A stretch of 56,681 nt of DNA, counting the filler, from Sphacelaria rigidula (lineage: Eukaryota), in the NCBI GenBank assembly GCA_964200075.2. It is 4 parts of 4 records of this genome, joined end to end, with 100 filler letters (N's around TTAATTAATTAA, not from the genome) between each part and the next. Parts side by side here need not be neighbours in the genome. Positions count along the whole stretch, not along the records: positions 42,591 to 56,681 come from CAXNAA020002463.1; 3 more parts are not named here. One strand, given 5' to 3'. The translations under genes and the position numbers were made by a program. The first letter of the stretch is position 1. The number at the start of each line of letters is the position of its first letter. Below the pieces are notes generated by a model, which made no database searches, was not told the DNA's origin, and saw only the letters and a program-made list of their open reading frames with translations. Below, piece by piece: positions 45,712 to 56,681 of the stretch.

Positions 45712-46335
45712 TTTCGATCGAAAAAAGACCCTGAACACCGTGAAACGGTACATGGTCACTCGTTCGTGTACGGTACAGACTGTCTACGAGTACACTGTCT
45801 GCACTGCTTGTGTGCGTGTTTCGCGGGCAACGTGCAGTGCAGACAGCGCAGGAGTATCAGTTATCTCTGCTTACAATGCGACGTGGAAAGGACTTGAACA
45901 ACGTGCAGCTTTGCACTGCCTGCACTGTCCATGATCGTGTACGCAACTCGGTTGCCCCCCGCACCAAGTAGTTCCGTCCCTGATCCTTACCATGAAAGAA
46001 GATGGGCAAGTTCTCGCCTGCTAAAAATAAACAAACTAGTGCCAACAGCTGCAGTGTATCTACCCCTGTGCTCAACTACAGTGGCGCTTTATGCTGCAGG
46101 GTTGCGGTGGTAGCTGAGAATGAGTTGGAAGGAGTTTGCATGGTTTTGTCACAGGTGTTATCTGGCGTGGTGGCCTGTAAGATAGGAGTCAAGTGTCGCT
46201 TCGTGCCTTTCGACCGCATGTTTCCGATCGAAAATAATCGGTCGATTTTTCTTGCCGATCTGATAGGTCCACCGCATTTATGTTCCTAAAAGGCTTCAAC
46301 TCCAAATTATAATTAGTGGCGTGCGGAGACAGAAT
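45712..46335 (+). repeat. Interspersed repeat family A, copy 3, with inverted distal cassette
   Basis: Colinear with copies 1 and 2 up to 46234; 46235-46335 is the reverse complement of ~9034-9135. Confidence 0.85.
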
Positions 46336-46432
46336 ATTGAACAAAAAAATCCTTCTGAAATGAATGGTGCCGAAGAAGATAGCGCAACCGCTTTACACTT
46401 CTAAAATGAATGGCTTCCTGCAAACAAATTTG

Positions 46433-46686
46433 GAGTGACGTCAAGATAGCTCTCCCCCAAACCAGCCCTGATTCTGTCACGAAGATAACTTTTGTACATT
46501 GCATGCGATACTCGTAGCTGGTTTCAGACTGCATGCAGCGCCAAATAGGCAGCGTTGGTGAAAACGATTCCAACCGCGGAGTTGCCAGCTGCTCGATGTG
46601 CTCCGCTGTTGTCATTTTCATCTACGTGTAGAGTTTGACGACTAGAACCAGCCACTTTTCTGGGGAGGGCTATCGCGGGATCAGTC
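46433..46686. mobile_element. Diverged GA(C/G)-terminus MITE
   Basis: GAGTGACGTCAAGATAGCTCTCCCC ... GGGGAGGGCTATCGCGGGATCAGTC; flanks TTTG/TCTG. Confidence 0.6.
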
Positions 46687-46971
46687 TCTGGCACTCTTCA
46701 ACAAGGTTTTCGTGAGATTGAGTGTGTCGCTTACAATTGAGCCAGCTCTTTATCGGAGGACGGTTATTGTCGTGTGTCTCACTAGTGGACGAAGCACTGA
46801 TGAGTAGCAATGTGAACGATTAGTTCGTTGAACAAAGAATGAAAAAAATTGGAATGGGAAAATTAACCATCGAAACATTCCTCTCACCAATGCTCCGCTG
46901 TACAATGCTCCGCTGCACTTTCGGCAGTTAGTGATTACCTCTAGTCCATAACGCTATGCATTTCAAATATG

Positions 46972-47323
46972 CACACGCGGCTATTTGGCTACCCCCAAAA
47001 TGCCTCCGGAGGGATGCGCGGCCCTCCAGAGGCAAAACAAGCCTTCGGAGGCCTTCAATCCCTCTAGAGGAAACCAATCACTACTGACCTGAACGGCCGC
47101 GCACCCCTCCAGAGGAATTTGGGGGCAGCAAAATGCTTCTGGAGAGATGCGCGGTCGTCCAGAGGCAAAAACAAGCCTATGGAGGCGTTTAATCCCTCTG
47201 GAGGAAACAAAAAAATGTCCTCTGGAGGGCCGCGCACCCCTCCGGAGGCGTTTAATTTCTCTGGAGGCTCGAGAAGTTGACCGACCTGGAGGAATTTTGG
47301 GGGTAGCCAAATGGCCGCGTGTG
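46972..47323. mobile_element. CACTA/CMC-like MITE
   Basis: 36-bp TIR CACACGCGGCTATTTGGCTACCCCCAAAATGCCTCC; 2-bp TG flanks; many CCTCYRGAGG palindromic subterminal repeats. Confidence 0.8.
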
Positions 47324-47389
47324 TGTTCTTCCGATTTATACGAGCTGGGCCAACCTAAAAGCGAGTTTATGGTTTGCAGGCGCATTCGC

Positions 47390-47623
47390 CGGTCTATATC
47401 TAGAGTTGGACCCTAAAATTTGGTATGGACAATGCGTAGGGCATAACAAAAATAATTATCTCGGCACACATTTTTTTTCCATGAGTTAAGGGAATTTTGC
47501 TCTACAGCTAAAAACTGATTATTACCCTTAAGTCATGAAAAAAAACATGTGGATGCAGTTTTTTTTATGCCCTGTTCATTGTCCGTACCAAATGTTAGGG
47601 TCCAACTCTAAATATTGACCCAC
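47390..47623. repeat. Inverted repeat (~105-bp arms); a diverged direct copy of the region lies at ~48800-49245
   Basis: TAGAGTTGGACCCTAAAATTTGGTATGGACAATG / CATTGTCCGTACCAAATGTTAGGGTCCAACTCTA. Confidence 0.8.
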
Positions 47624-47910
47624 GAATGGACCGTTTAGTTACTGCGTCGGTAGAAATTCGGAACAGTATTTTGCAGGCCACTTAGCGGCCCACAGTTGGT
47701 GTTTATATGTTGAAACTTTGTGTGGGCCGTGGCTAGGGCGTAATTAACGGAACAAAGTGGGTGAGACTGCTATTATTTATTTATTTCAGTGGTTTCGGGC
47801 GTTTTAGTCTGGTAAAGACCATGTTTTCACGAGAACGTCCGGACCTCTACAAAAAATTTGAAGGCCCATTTTTTATTTATTTGGCATACCTCTGTGGTTC
47901 TCCATGCTAA

Positions 47911-48728
47911 GGCCGGATGTTATGGCAACAGATTTTTGAATCCTGGTAAAGTAAATCCGCGGCAAATTTGGGTTCGAGAACGATGTTATGGCAGCACATA
48001 TATTTCATACTATATTGTTCTGATTTGTATACCTCCACCAGGGTTTCGAGTTTTATGTGTAGCGTGTTTCAACAGCTCACAGTCCCGTAGGTGTCTCGTG
48101 CGGTGTGGTGTGCTGTGATGGTGCAGCGTCGCTGCCGCAGAGAGGTCATCACCACCCCACTAACACCAGTGCCGGCTCTTTCGAGCACATAAGTAGGCGA
48201 CCATGCCCCCCTCGTTGCTGCTGAAGTTGAATCCTTCACCGAAGGGTCTCAGAACCACCCGCCGGACAGCGACAGTGCGCATCACATGTCTCCTCTCTCT
48301 CGACGTCTCTGCATTGCTTTTGTCAGGAGACCGATGAGCAAGGCGTGTCTTTTTCTTGTCTCGTACGCGCGAAGCGGGGTCCATCGCGCGTCGGGTGCGG
48401 CGTGTGGTTGCTTCGTGTCTTGTTGGTTGTGGTGGACAGGATCACTCACAAAGGCACAGCCAGCACTCCGGCACGTGAACGGAAAACGCGGCATGACCCC
48501 ATTATGACGATTTGCCGGCCAAAATGCAAAAAATCCGTGTGCAAAAATCTGTGCTTGTCGACCCCCGCCAGTTTTCCCAAAAATCTGTGGGACTCGGGCC
48601 CCGAATCTTGGCCGCGGATTATTTTACCCAAAAATTCGAATAATCTGTACCCATAAGATAGATGTAACACGAATTATTTTGAAATCTGAAGATCCGCGGC
48701 CAAAAATCTGTTGCCATGACACCCGGCC
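47911..48728. mobile_element. PIF/Harbinger-type non-autonomous element
   Basis: 28-bp TIR GGCCGGATGTTATGGCAACAGATTTTTG; TAA on both flanks. Confidence 0.88.
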
Positions 48729-49857
48729 TAAGCTTCAAATCACGATTCTAAAACTAGGGCTCAGAAAGTTTACGTTAGTTTGTACTGTAGAAGTTGAGTA
48801 CAAGCCTGGGCAGCGTTCGTTGGGGAGGATCTGCAGATTGCAGGCCCCTACTACCCTCTATTTCGGAGTTGGACTCTAAACATTTGCACGGAGCATGAAG
48901 AGAGCACAACAAAGCACTTCATTCGGCCAAGATTTGTTTTTGCATGACTACGCACATTTTACTTCAAAATAGCTCTTGATTGTTGCCTTGAAGTCATGAA
49001 ACAAAATTAATATGGCCCTCACATATGTATGCTTTTTTGTTCACTCCACTGGATCTTGACTGTGACCCTCTACGAATAAAAAAAACTACCCGCTTATTCC
49101 AACATGTTTCTGTTATTATGCTGCAGGCTTCCCCCGTACCAAATTTGAAATACCAGCTCTTGAAATTGATCTGAGAATGGGTCGTTTAGAACCCGGGCGA
49201 GTTGAGATTCGAAAAAATACCTTGCAGGCCTCTAACCAGCCCACGAGCGATGAAGCCCAGCGACGACGGCACGACGCACACTCAAAATCATTGCGACGTT
49301 TCACCGCCGGAACAACGCCTCCTCGGGAAAATTTGTGTTCTGGTTTATTTTAGAGCCGGAATCCTAAATGCCTCTTACGGTTTCCAAGAACAGGTTACGA
49401 CGGTTCTTCGTTCAACATCTCTCGATCGCGAACCTGGCGGAAAGCTCGGGACGGCAAGCGGTGATGACGTGGAATATTGTCACAAAAGCGAGACGTAATT
49501 GGAAAAAAATGAGTTCCGCACGTCCAGTCGTACCGGATATGGTACGCAACGACTATTACACTGCATGAGGACCTGTACACCCACTGAAATCCGCCCCGAA
49601 TCCAACAAACCAATACAGGCCTACGCACATCACCACTCGCTCACTGACAACCATGTACGGGTGCGTAATGAGCATAGCCCTTCACTCAGTGGCATATGCA
49701 TCTAGCATTGAATAAAATACGAATGCTCTTACTACGAACGTACGAGTAAATATGGTACAACCCGCCATCAGTCAGAGACCTTCCTTCTACCCCCCTCCAC
49801 TCCCGCCCTCTCGGCGCACCTCCGCCTCGTCTCCGCCGCCACTGCAAACTCACGTCG

Positions 49858-52340
49858 TCACCGCGTGTTGATAAATCCGGGCTCGATGTCTAGGATGTTG
49901 CGGGGCGCCTTGTGCTTCTTGCGCATCGCCTCGATTCCGGTCTTCCCTTCTGGTACGTCGCCACCTGCGTCTCTGATTTGCGCCATCTCACGTTACGCCC
50001 GGCAGTAGTCTCGAGTGCGTCGCGCGAAGCGTCGTAGTCAGCCCAGCGTCAAACTTGCGACGCGGCACAGAGACTTGACGATATAAGCATGTAAGGTTTT
50101 TGGCACCTCGTCATTAATATCTCGGCGAGAGTGCTGCGTCGATATCCCGATGAATACTCGACCCCAACCCCTGCAGCCTCTGGGTGGCACTTGGGCGATA
50201 GCACCAGGATATGGCCACGGCTCTCTACGATGTGTTGCAGTGCCGTTTTCTCGTCCCAGAAGTCCGGCAACTTCCCCAGGACAGTTGCCATGTTCTTCTC
50301 AGGCTCCACCTTGTCTCCTGCCCCCATTTTATCCACCCACAATCCTCGCTCCCATAACATCCGCCTCATACCCTTCGCTTCACCAACGAAGCCCTCTTTT
50401 ATCCACTCCTCCGTTGCTTCAGTTGAGCTAGTTGGTCCTCACGTTCTCCCGCCTTCTGAAACGTGAGCGCTGTCCTTTATCGATGTTCTCTCTCGTACCA
50501 ACTTCGTGTCCACGGTGGGGGCATCCACATCCTGGAAAGGTGGGGGGTCATCCGACTGAATTTTCATGCGCTGTATTTGACCTACGGCGAGCTTCGTCGC
50601 CCAAGGTTTGGCTCCTGGGCTGTTCTCTGTGTGCCACTTTTCTCCGGATCTTTACATGGTCGCCTGCGCCTTACCAAAACACCCCTCCGTCATTTTGGTA
50701 CCCCGTCGTACCTTCTGCTTACCCCCGTATTTGACGTTGATGTGAGATGTATGCAATCCATCCTCACGCATTTTTGCGTGTCCCGCAGAGTGATCCACGC
50801 CAAACACCATTCGCGTGTCGTGTTCGATGACCTCTAGAATGTCCATGACATCCACCACCTGTTGCTCAAACTGTTCGAACCCCCAAAGCCGCCTTTGTTT
50901 TGATCGAGAACAAGATGTCGCGTGCCTGGGGGCCTTTTCAGCGCCGAGCGGCCCCATTCCTCGCGAAACGTGTTTACCCACTCTAGCTCATATTTCGACA
51001 GGGGCAAACTGAAGCCGCGCGTCTCGTCCTGCAAAGCCGAAATCATCTCTCCCTCCTTCTCCGTTTTCTTTTGCGGACCACGCACTCCCTGGATCACCCA
51101 CTCATAGCCATCACGCGCGTACGCTTCGTACATACTTTCATCTTGGCCAATGTTGTACACCTCACGATCGCACTTGCACGCCTCCTTTGAATGATGCGCC
51201 TTGCAGGAAGATGGGGCAGCTGTTGGGAAGCGAATGCTGTGGTGCCCACCATCTGACCCAAGAGCATCGCGACGTGCATCAAACGTTTCGATTACTCCGC
51301 CATCGTTCAAGAGGACATCGTGGAACTCGATGCACGCCTTCCCATTAATTTCGCAGTCGTATACTTCCGCAAAGAAAGCCTCATCGCCAGTCCCCTTCAG
51401 GTCCTCGAGCTTCGCTAGCTCCTGGGGCGACAGATGAGATTTTTCCACACGCACCCACAGCGGTTGCCGCGATGCGATTTCCCGATTCTGTTCGATGTAC
51501 TTCTTGCAGCTGTCCACTGCATCAGGCCTCTCGTGGCCGTCAGTGTAATGCGATCAACTGTGCCTCTCGTACGTACATCCCAGCTTTGTCGCCCATGAGT
51601 GGACCGTGGATATCGAGATGGGGAGTTTCAGATGATACTGGTCCAGCTTCAACATCCCTCCTTCTCCCTCAAAGAGTCCGTCATTGACGTATCAATGCAC
51701 CGAGTTGATCGTGATCCGCTTCTGCGACTTGAACCACCGTAAGAGCTTCAGCTTCAGATGTTCATCGGACAATATCTACTCCCTCACGTACACCCTCCTT
51801 CCCGAAGCGCCCCATGAGTGTCTTAAAGTGGTACGCTCACTTCAGAATCGTCCGACGCTTGATGCCATCGAGGCGGGAACGCATCACCAGGTCCGCCGCG
51901 ATCTTCAAGAGAGGGAGTTCATGGCGAAGCACTTGCCCATCTGAGATAAGGCCGTAGACGCGACTATCGGCGATCCTCACGGCAGTTTTTGTTACGGGTG
52001 TGCCTCCTTCACAAATACGCTGAGCCTGCTCCAAGTTTTTCAAGACGTGTTTGTTTCGCTGACCTTCTGCCATGAGCGTTTCGAGTGTCGTATACGCTTG
52101 GATGGCCACACGCAACATCTGCCCGTCCGACAGGGGCGCGGGCACGCTGCGCCTTAGCTCTGCTGCATTTGGAACATCTGGGGATTCGTCCTTGTCGGGC
52201 GGGAGACGCACCTGTGGACGTCCGAACATGTTCTCTCCGAGGCGGTGGATTAATGAGTCGAGGTGTTTATTCTTCGTCTTCAGCCCCGTGATCCGTGGAC
52301 CAAGGTAGGAACCACGCCTGCTGAACCTGTCGGAACTCAT
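49858..52340 (-). pseudogene. Degenerate IS630/Tc1/mariner-superfamily DDE transposase
   Basis: In order: ISISTVHSWATKLG...YTDGHERPDAV; GQDES (D1); MISALQDETRG; VDHSAGH (D2); INVKYGGKQ; MRRMLWERG; PDFWDEK..L; GHILVLSPKCHPEAAGVGVEY (E); RRFARRTRDY. Several frameshifts. Confidence 0.85.
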
Positions 52341-55300
52341 TTCATCCCTCGTCCGCCAACCCCATCCCAGGCATGTTCGTTTTCGGCTGTAAAGCGCCGC
52401 CGATGCAGCGAAATCCGTGCGGGTAATTTGGTGTTCTTCCAGGCGTAGCCGCTTAAGTCTCCGCTCTTCGACGCAGTCGAGTTGGGTGAGGCTGTTCAGC
52501 GATTTCCCTGTGGAATGTTGCGAGCGAGGGGGATCCGCCGCGGTGGATTACACAACAGCGCCATCGATGCATGTCGGCGTACATGTAACGCTGGGCCTTT
52601 GATGAAGGTTGTAAACGGGGGACACCAACCATAACAGAGTGATATGATGGACTGTGAGTCAAAGAGTAGTGAGGTCGCTGCCATACCGCACGGACGGCAT
52701 GGTGCACGCCCTGCAACGCGCCGTGCGGGCATAGTGAACGACGCCATCTGCAGAACACCTCGTCTGGAAAAAGCACTCACCATACCCGAACGTCATGATG
52801 GAAAGTGTGGAATTATGGCATCGTGTTTAAGCTGCAGGAAGCAGCAGCAGCACGCGCAGCAACAGCATACGCATGGCCTGTGATGACTCACCTCCGTGAA
52901 TCTCAGATTCCTTATGAGAGGTGGTCGTCGCCACCCGTGGCAAGCGATCATCAGCGGGTTGACCCTTCCTTCCCTCTTCCCAGTATAACGTCCACTTCTC
53001 AGCCTTTACCTCGGCGTCCTGACGTATATCGAATCCGCGCCACATTTTGCGTTCAGGCTTTTTCCCTTTTGTTGACGTGCACCAGAGACCTAAACGATAC
53101 GATCCGGTCAATGGGGCGTAGAAGTCTTCCTCCATAGCCTTTTCAGTCGCGGGAGAAGTAGGTTGCCTATTTTCCTTCTTCGAGCTCATGGTGTTTACTC
53201 GAGGGGCGATGTTGCTGTTGAGCGATTCCCCTGTGTAATGTGACAGTGAATTGGACTTTGGTCGTCGTGGATTACAGCTCTGTTGGATGAAGCTGCAGGA
53301 AAGCAGCAGCCATTCCGTCCAGGGCAAACGCCGCCCTTCGGTGCAACAAATGATTTTCGCATAACGAACCACGTCATATGCAGACTACCTAACCCCTTGT
53401 TTGAGGCTTCCCCACCTGTCATCATTGAAAGGGTGATGTCTTGCATCATATTTCAGCAGTAGGAAGGAGCGGCAGCAACAGCAGCAGTTGCACCCCGACA
53501 TACGGCGCTGTGCGACAGCACGCCCAGTAGTACCACTCATGAAAACACTCCTCATTTACATTCGGAAACTGTTGAAGGCAGACGAAGCGTGCGACTAAAC
53601 GACCCGAACCTACCGCACAGGCAATAACACCTTCGTTGTGCAATTATTGTACGGCACTTGCTGACGGTCACCGTTTCAAACACAAGTTGAAACGGAAGTG
53701 AAGCAGCAGTCATTGCGCACTGCATGTTTCTCGGCGTTTGTTTGCACTCCGAATATACATCCAACGACTAACTCTTCGGAATCTTGATCCTCTGACCGCC
53801 AGAGTTAGGAATCAGGGTCACGTAGTACCGTTTCAAGTACTCTACTCTCATTCTCATGAAACCTTGTTCATCGTGTTGCGTCGCCCACGTGACGCACCCT
53901 GGGGGTCGAAGATTTAACAGAACGTCGTCGATGCGAAGATGTCACGAAATACAACTGATCTTTACTGATCCTGTGTAACACCAAACGGCAATCGTTGAGT
54001 GCGCAGAAGAAACTGCGGCTGGAGGGATAGGGGTTGAAATGATGCACTGAAGAACTCATTGTCAATTTGTCAAAGTGCTGTACGCCGCATACTTTCACAA
54101 GGCCACCAGCTTTCAGCGATCAAGGGGTTAATCCCTTCAGAGCCGGAGGTGTCCACACGTGGAATCGGCATGATTTCCAGCCTCTTTTCAAGTGAAGAAT
54201 GACGCTGATTCCACCCGTTTGACCGCCGGAGCTGTCCATTTATGGAATCGGCATTATTTTTCCTAGAAAAATACCTGAAAATGATGCCGATTCGATGACT
54301 GCACACCTCCAGCGGTCGAAGGGTTTTCGAGGGGCGCCGCATGACAGCACCCTGTGACTACGGAGATGTAGGACACCCTCGCTGCCCGAGTGTCCACGGT
54401 CTACCGTCGTCGGCGTTGGGGTTGAACTTGGCGTTAGAGGGTGATGGTAGTGTATTAATAGTTGGGTCACCTTATAAAGGATTCAGATATGTTGCATGTT
54501 GGAGAGAGGGGGTGACGATGAAATTGAGACCTTTTGACCGTCGCAGGTATCCATTCGTTGAATCTGCATCATTTTCGAGCCTTTTGCCCTCACGAATGGT
54601 GTCGAACGGCGAAATGGACAACCGAGAATTCTTCATATTGAAGACGGAAAAAATAGTGGTGCGTAGTTGATCACACAGAAAAGGTCCCAGAAGAAATGGT
54701 GATGGTGCCCTGTCGTGCGTCACGCTCGGGCAGTTGTAGAACAATCTTAATCCGTAATAGGAGTATGTTACAACATACCTTCGTTGTTCTTGGTTGACCC
54801 TTTGACTGTGAGCCTCGTGTCGGAACAGTTCCGCAGGCTGACAGTCCAGGGACATTCAGGGGTGTCCAGGAGGCGGGGGGTGGGTGCTTCGTGAGGGCGG
54901 GGTGGGTGTTCGTAAAACAGCTGGAAACTCATGAAGTCAGCCGTGTGTGCTATGAAGTTTCCCCTGGAAAATCTCAGCGAGAAGCTAGGCCCGAGAGGAC
55001 TGGAGTGTCCATGTTGATCATTGTTATGGGTCAGAAGGGTTACTTTAATCCCTACAGATGAAGTGCAGATCATGGACTACCTCGCAGTGAAGCCGTATTT
55101 CACCATTTGGGTAACGACCTCTCAACCATAGAAAACATGGACAAAGGGTGTGCTTTTTACTCTGCTCGTAGTCTGCGTCGTTCGCCGGACCCCTCTTGTG
55201 CTTTCAGCATAGCTGGCAATGTGCCAACCCTTCCTCGGGATTACCAGGGCTGCCACGAGAGTATAGAGGGGCGGAGAGGATGTATGTTATTTGCATATTT

Positions 55301-56144
55301 CGTAGCAGTGGCGGCTGCCAGCATGCGCCACTTGCAAACCTTAAATACGTGGACCGTTCGAAAAGTGAAGACGACTCAGCAAAGACATAGGTACTGACTC
55401 TGCATGCACTTGACATGTGGCTCAAAACCGACCTGGGGTTATTCGGGACTATTCCTTGTATTATATGTTCCCAATAACATCCACATGTTCATGAAAAAGT
55501 GCGTGATATCTTTTGACAAATGTGGCATAGTCCTACCCTTTCATCTCCAGGGTAGATCATCTATTGAACCGGCATCGCCTTTACCAAAGCTGTGAATATG
55601 GCCCGCATGACTTACCCTGGCGGGCAAAGCGTTGAGCTAGTACTGTTCATCAAATCAAGTTTGAACTTCCGTGGGTTGGAATTCCGACAGCAATACTGTC
55701 GTTCTTGCTTCCCAAAATATGATTTCGTGAATAACTGCGTGGGTTGCGGAAAATATTGCAACGAACACCATCCAATTAAAGCCGGGGGAGTGCCGGTAGG
55801 TATCGTCCAACGCACGGTAACATCTCACCAGTCGAGTAACCAATCAAGTACCAAGAGACAGATCGGTTGGTCACTGGAACCTTCGGACTCGTGGCGAGGA
55901 CGGGGAAGGGCGAAGGTTGAATATACGATAACAATGAAGAAGTGAAATGCAGCCGCGTATGTCGGCGTGTTATGCTACAGCAGTTGTGCCTAAAAAAATG
56001 CATGCCCTTACGTGCGTGTGTCCATGGGAGCCCCCTCATGGCGAAAGGAGCACAAGTTCGGGCTCGTGCAAACCAAGACTCTACCGTGTTGCCATCTTGA
56101 CTCTATCGTGTTGTCATCTTTTGGTATTATCGTCCTGTTATCAG

Positions 56145-56262
56145 GGCTGGATCGTGGACGCCATCGAGGTGTTGACTGTGGCCTTCGTTCTGGAAGCTGT
56201 AGCGAACACCTTCGACCTAGGCAGTGCGGAGAAAGGTCTCGTTGCTGGCGCCAGCTTCATGG
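56145..56262 (+). CDS. MFS transporter (SV2/SVOP-like), exon 2
   Basis: GWIVDAIEVLTVAFVLEAVANTFDLGSAEKGLVAGASFMG; CAG acceptor and GTAAG donor; continues TM1 from exon 1. Confidence 0.88.
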
Positions 56263-56364
56263 GTAAGGACGCGCTTGGATTCCCTCAGTGATCTATCTCG
56301 ACAGAACGGCCTCACAAGCAAAAATGGGGGCAACGTATCCGAGCTCCTGCGTTCCCCCCTGCCG

Positions 56365-56681
56365 TCTGTGAGGAACGGGACGTGCTAGAGGGGGAAATGC
56401 GGGGCGTGGTGAACGAAGGTGACATGAAATCGTTTGATGCATGAGACAGTAGAGAGAAAACGATGGCTATACTAGGAGATAGATGGTGGCCACAGACGGC
56501 GATTCAGGACGGGGATAAGATATGTAAAAGGTTTTGTGTAATGTATCGAAGAAACGTAATGAGCAATGGGAGGAACGCCGAAGTGTTGGAGGTGTCTCTA
56601 TTAGGAGCAGGAACGGTGCTCCGTCTCGAAAGGGATGCGTGGTCAATGGTCACACGACTTTGGCAAGCAACGAATGAGTAC
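56365..56681 (+). mobile_element. LINE 3' end
   Basis: EERDVLEGEMR...KTMAILGDRWWPQT, ending ...GCAAGCAACGAATGAGTAC; homologous to 33149-33480. Confidence 0.8.

Overview
Eukaryotic, repeat-dense DNA. It is most likely from a brown alga (Phaeophyceae), inferred from an EsV-1-7 repeat protein, intron-rich genes and TTAGGG-like tracts. The window is not contiguous. Four contigs of descending length (1-14098, 14199-28295, 28396-42490, 42591-56681) are joined by artificial N44-TTAATTAATTAA-N44 spacers. Host-type genes: an EsV-1-7 cysteine-repeat protein; the first 9 exons of a carnitine/choline O-acyltransferase (YAT1-like, with one probable GC-AG intron); the first 2 exons of an SV2/SVOP-like MFS transporter split by an ~11.15 kb TE-filled intron; and a possible divergent unknown gene. 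Mobile DNA: a decayed Ty1/Copia element, a decayed IS630/Tc1/mariner transposase with a very long D-to-E spacing, a CCCH/RGG gag-like pseudogene, a complete non-autonomous hAT, Harbinger-, CACTA- and Ginger-like MITEs, MITEs with GAC ends and 4-bp TSDs, long foldback hairpins, a tRNA-derived SINE and LINE 3' ends. The most unusual signals are (i) a modular repeat whose cassettes are bounded by a palindromic TTTTCGATCGAAAA site, with one cassette seen in both orientations; (ii) Ginger-like MITEs carrying telomere-like repeats; and (iii) LINE ends followed by oligo(C) rather than poly(A), inserted at C-rich targets. All family assignments are by eye; no searches were run.
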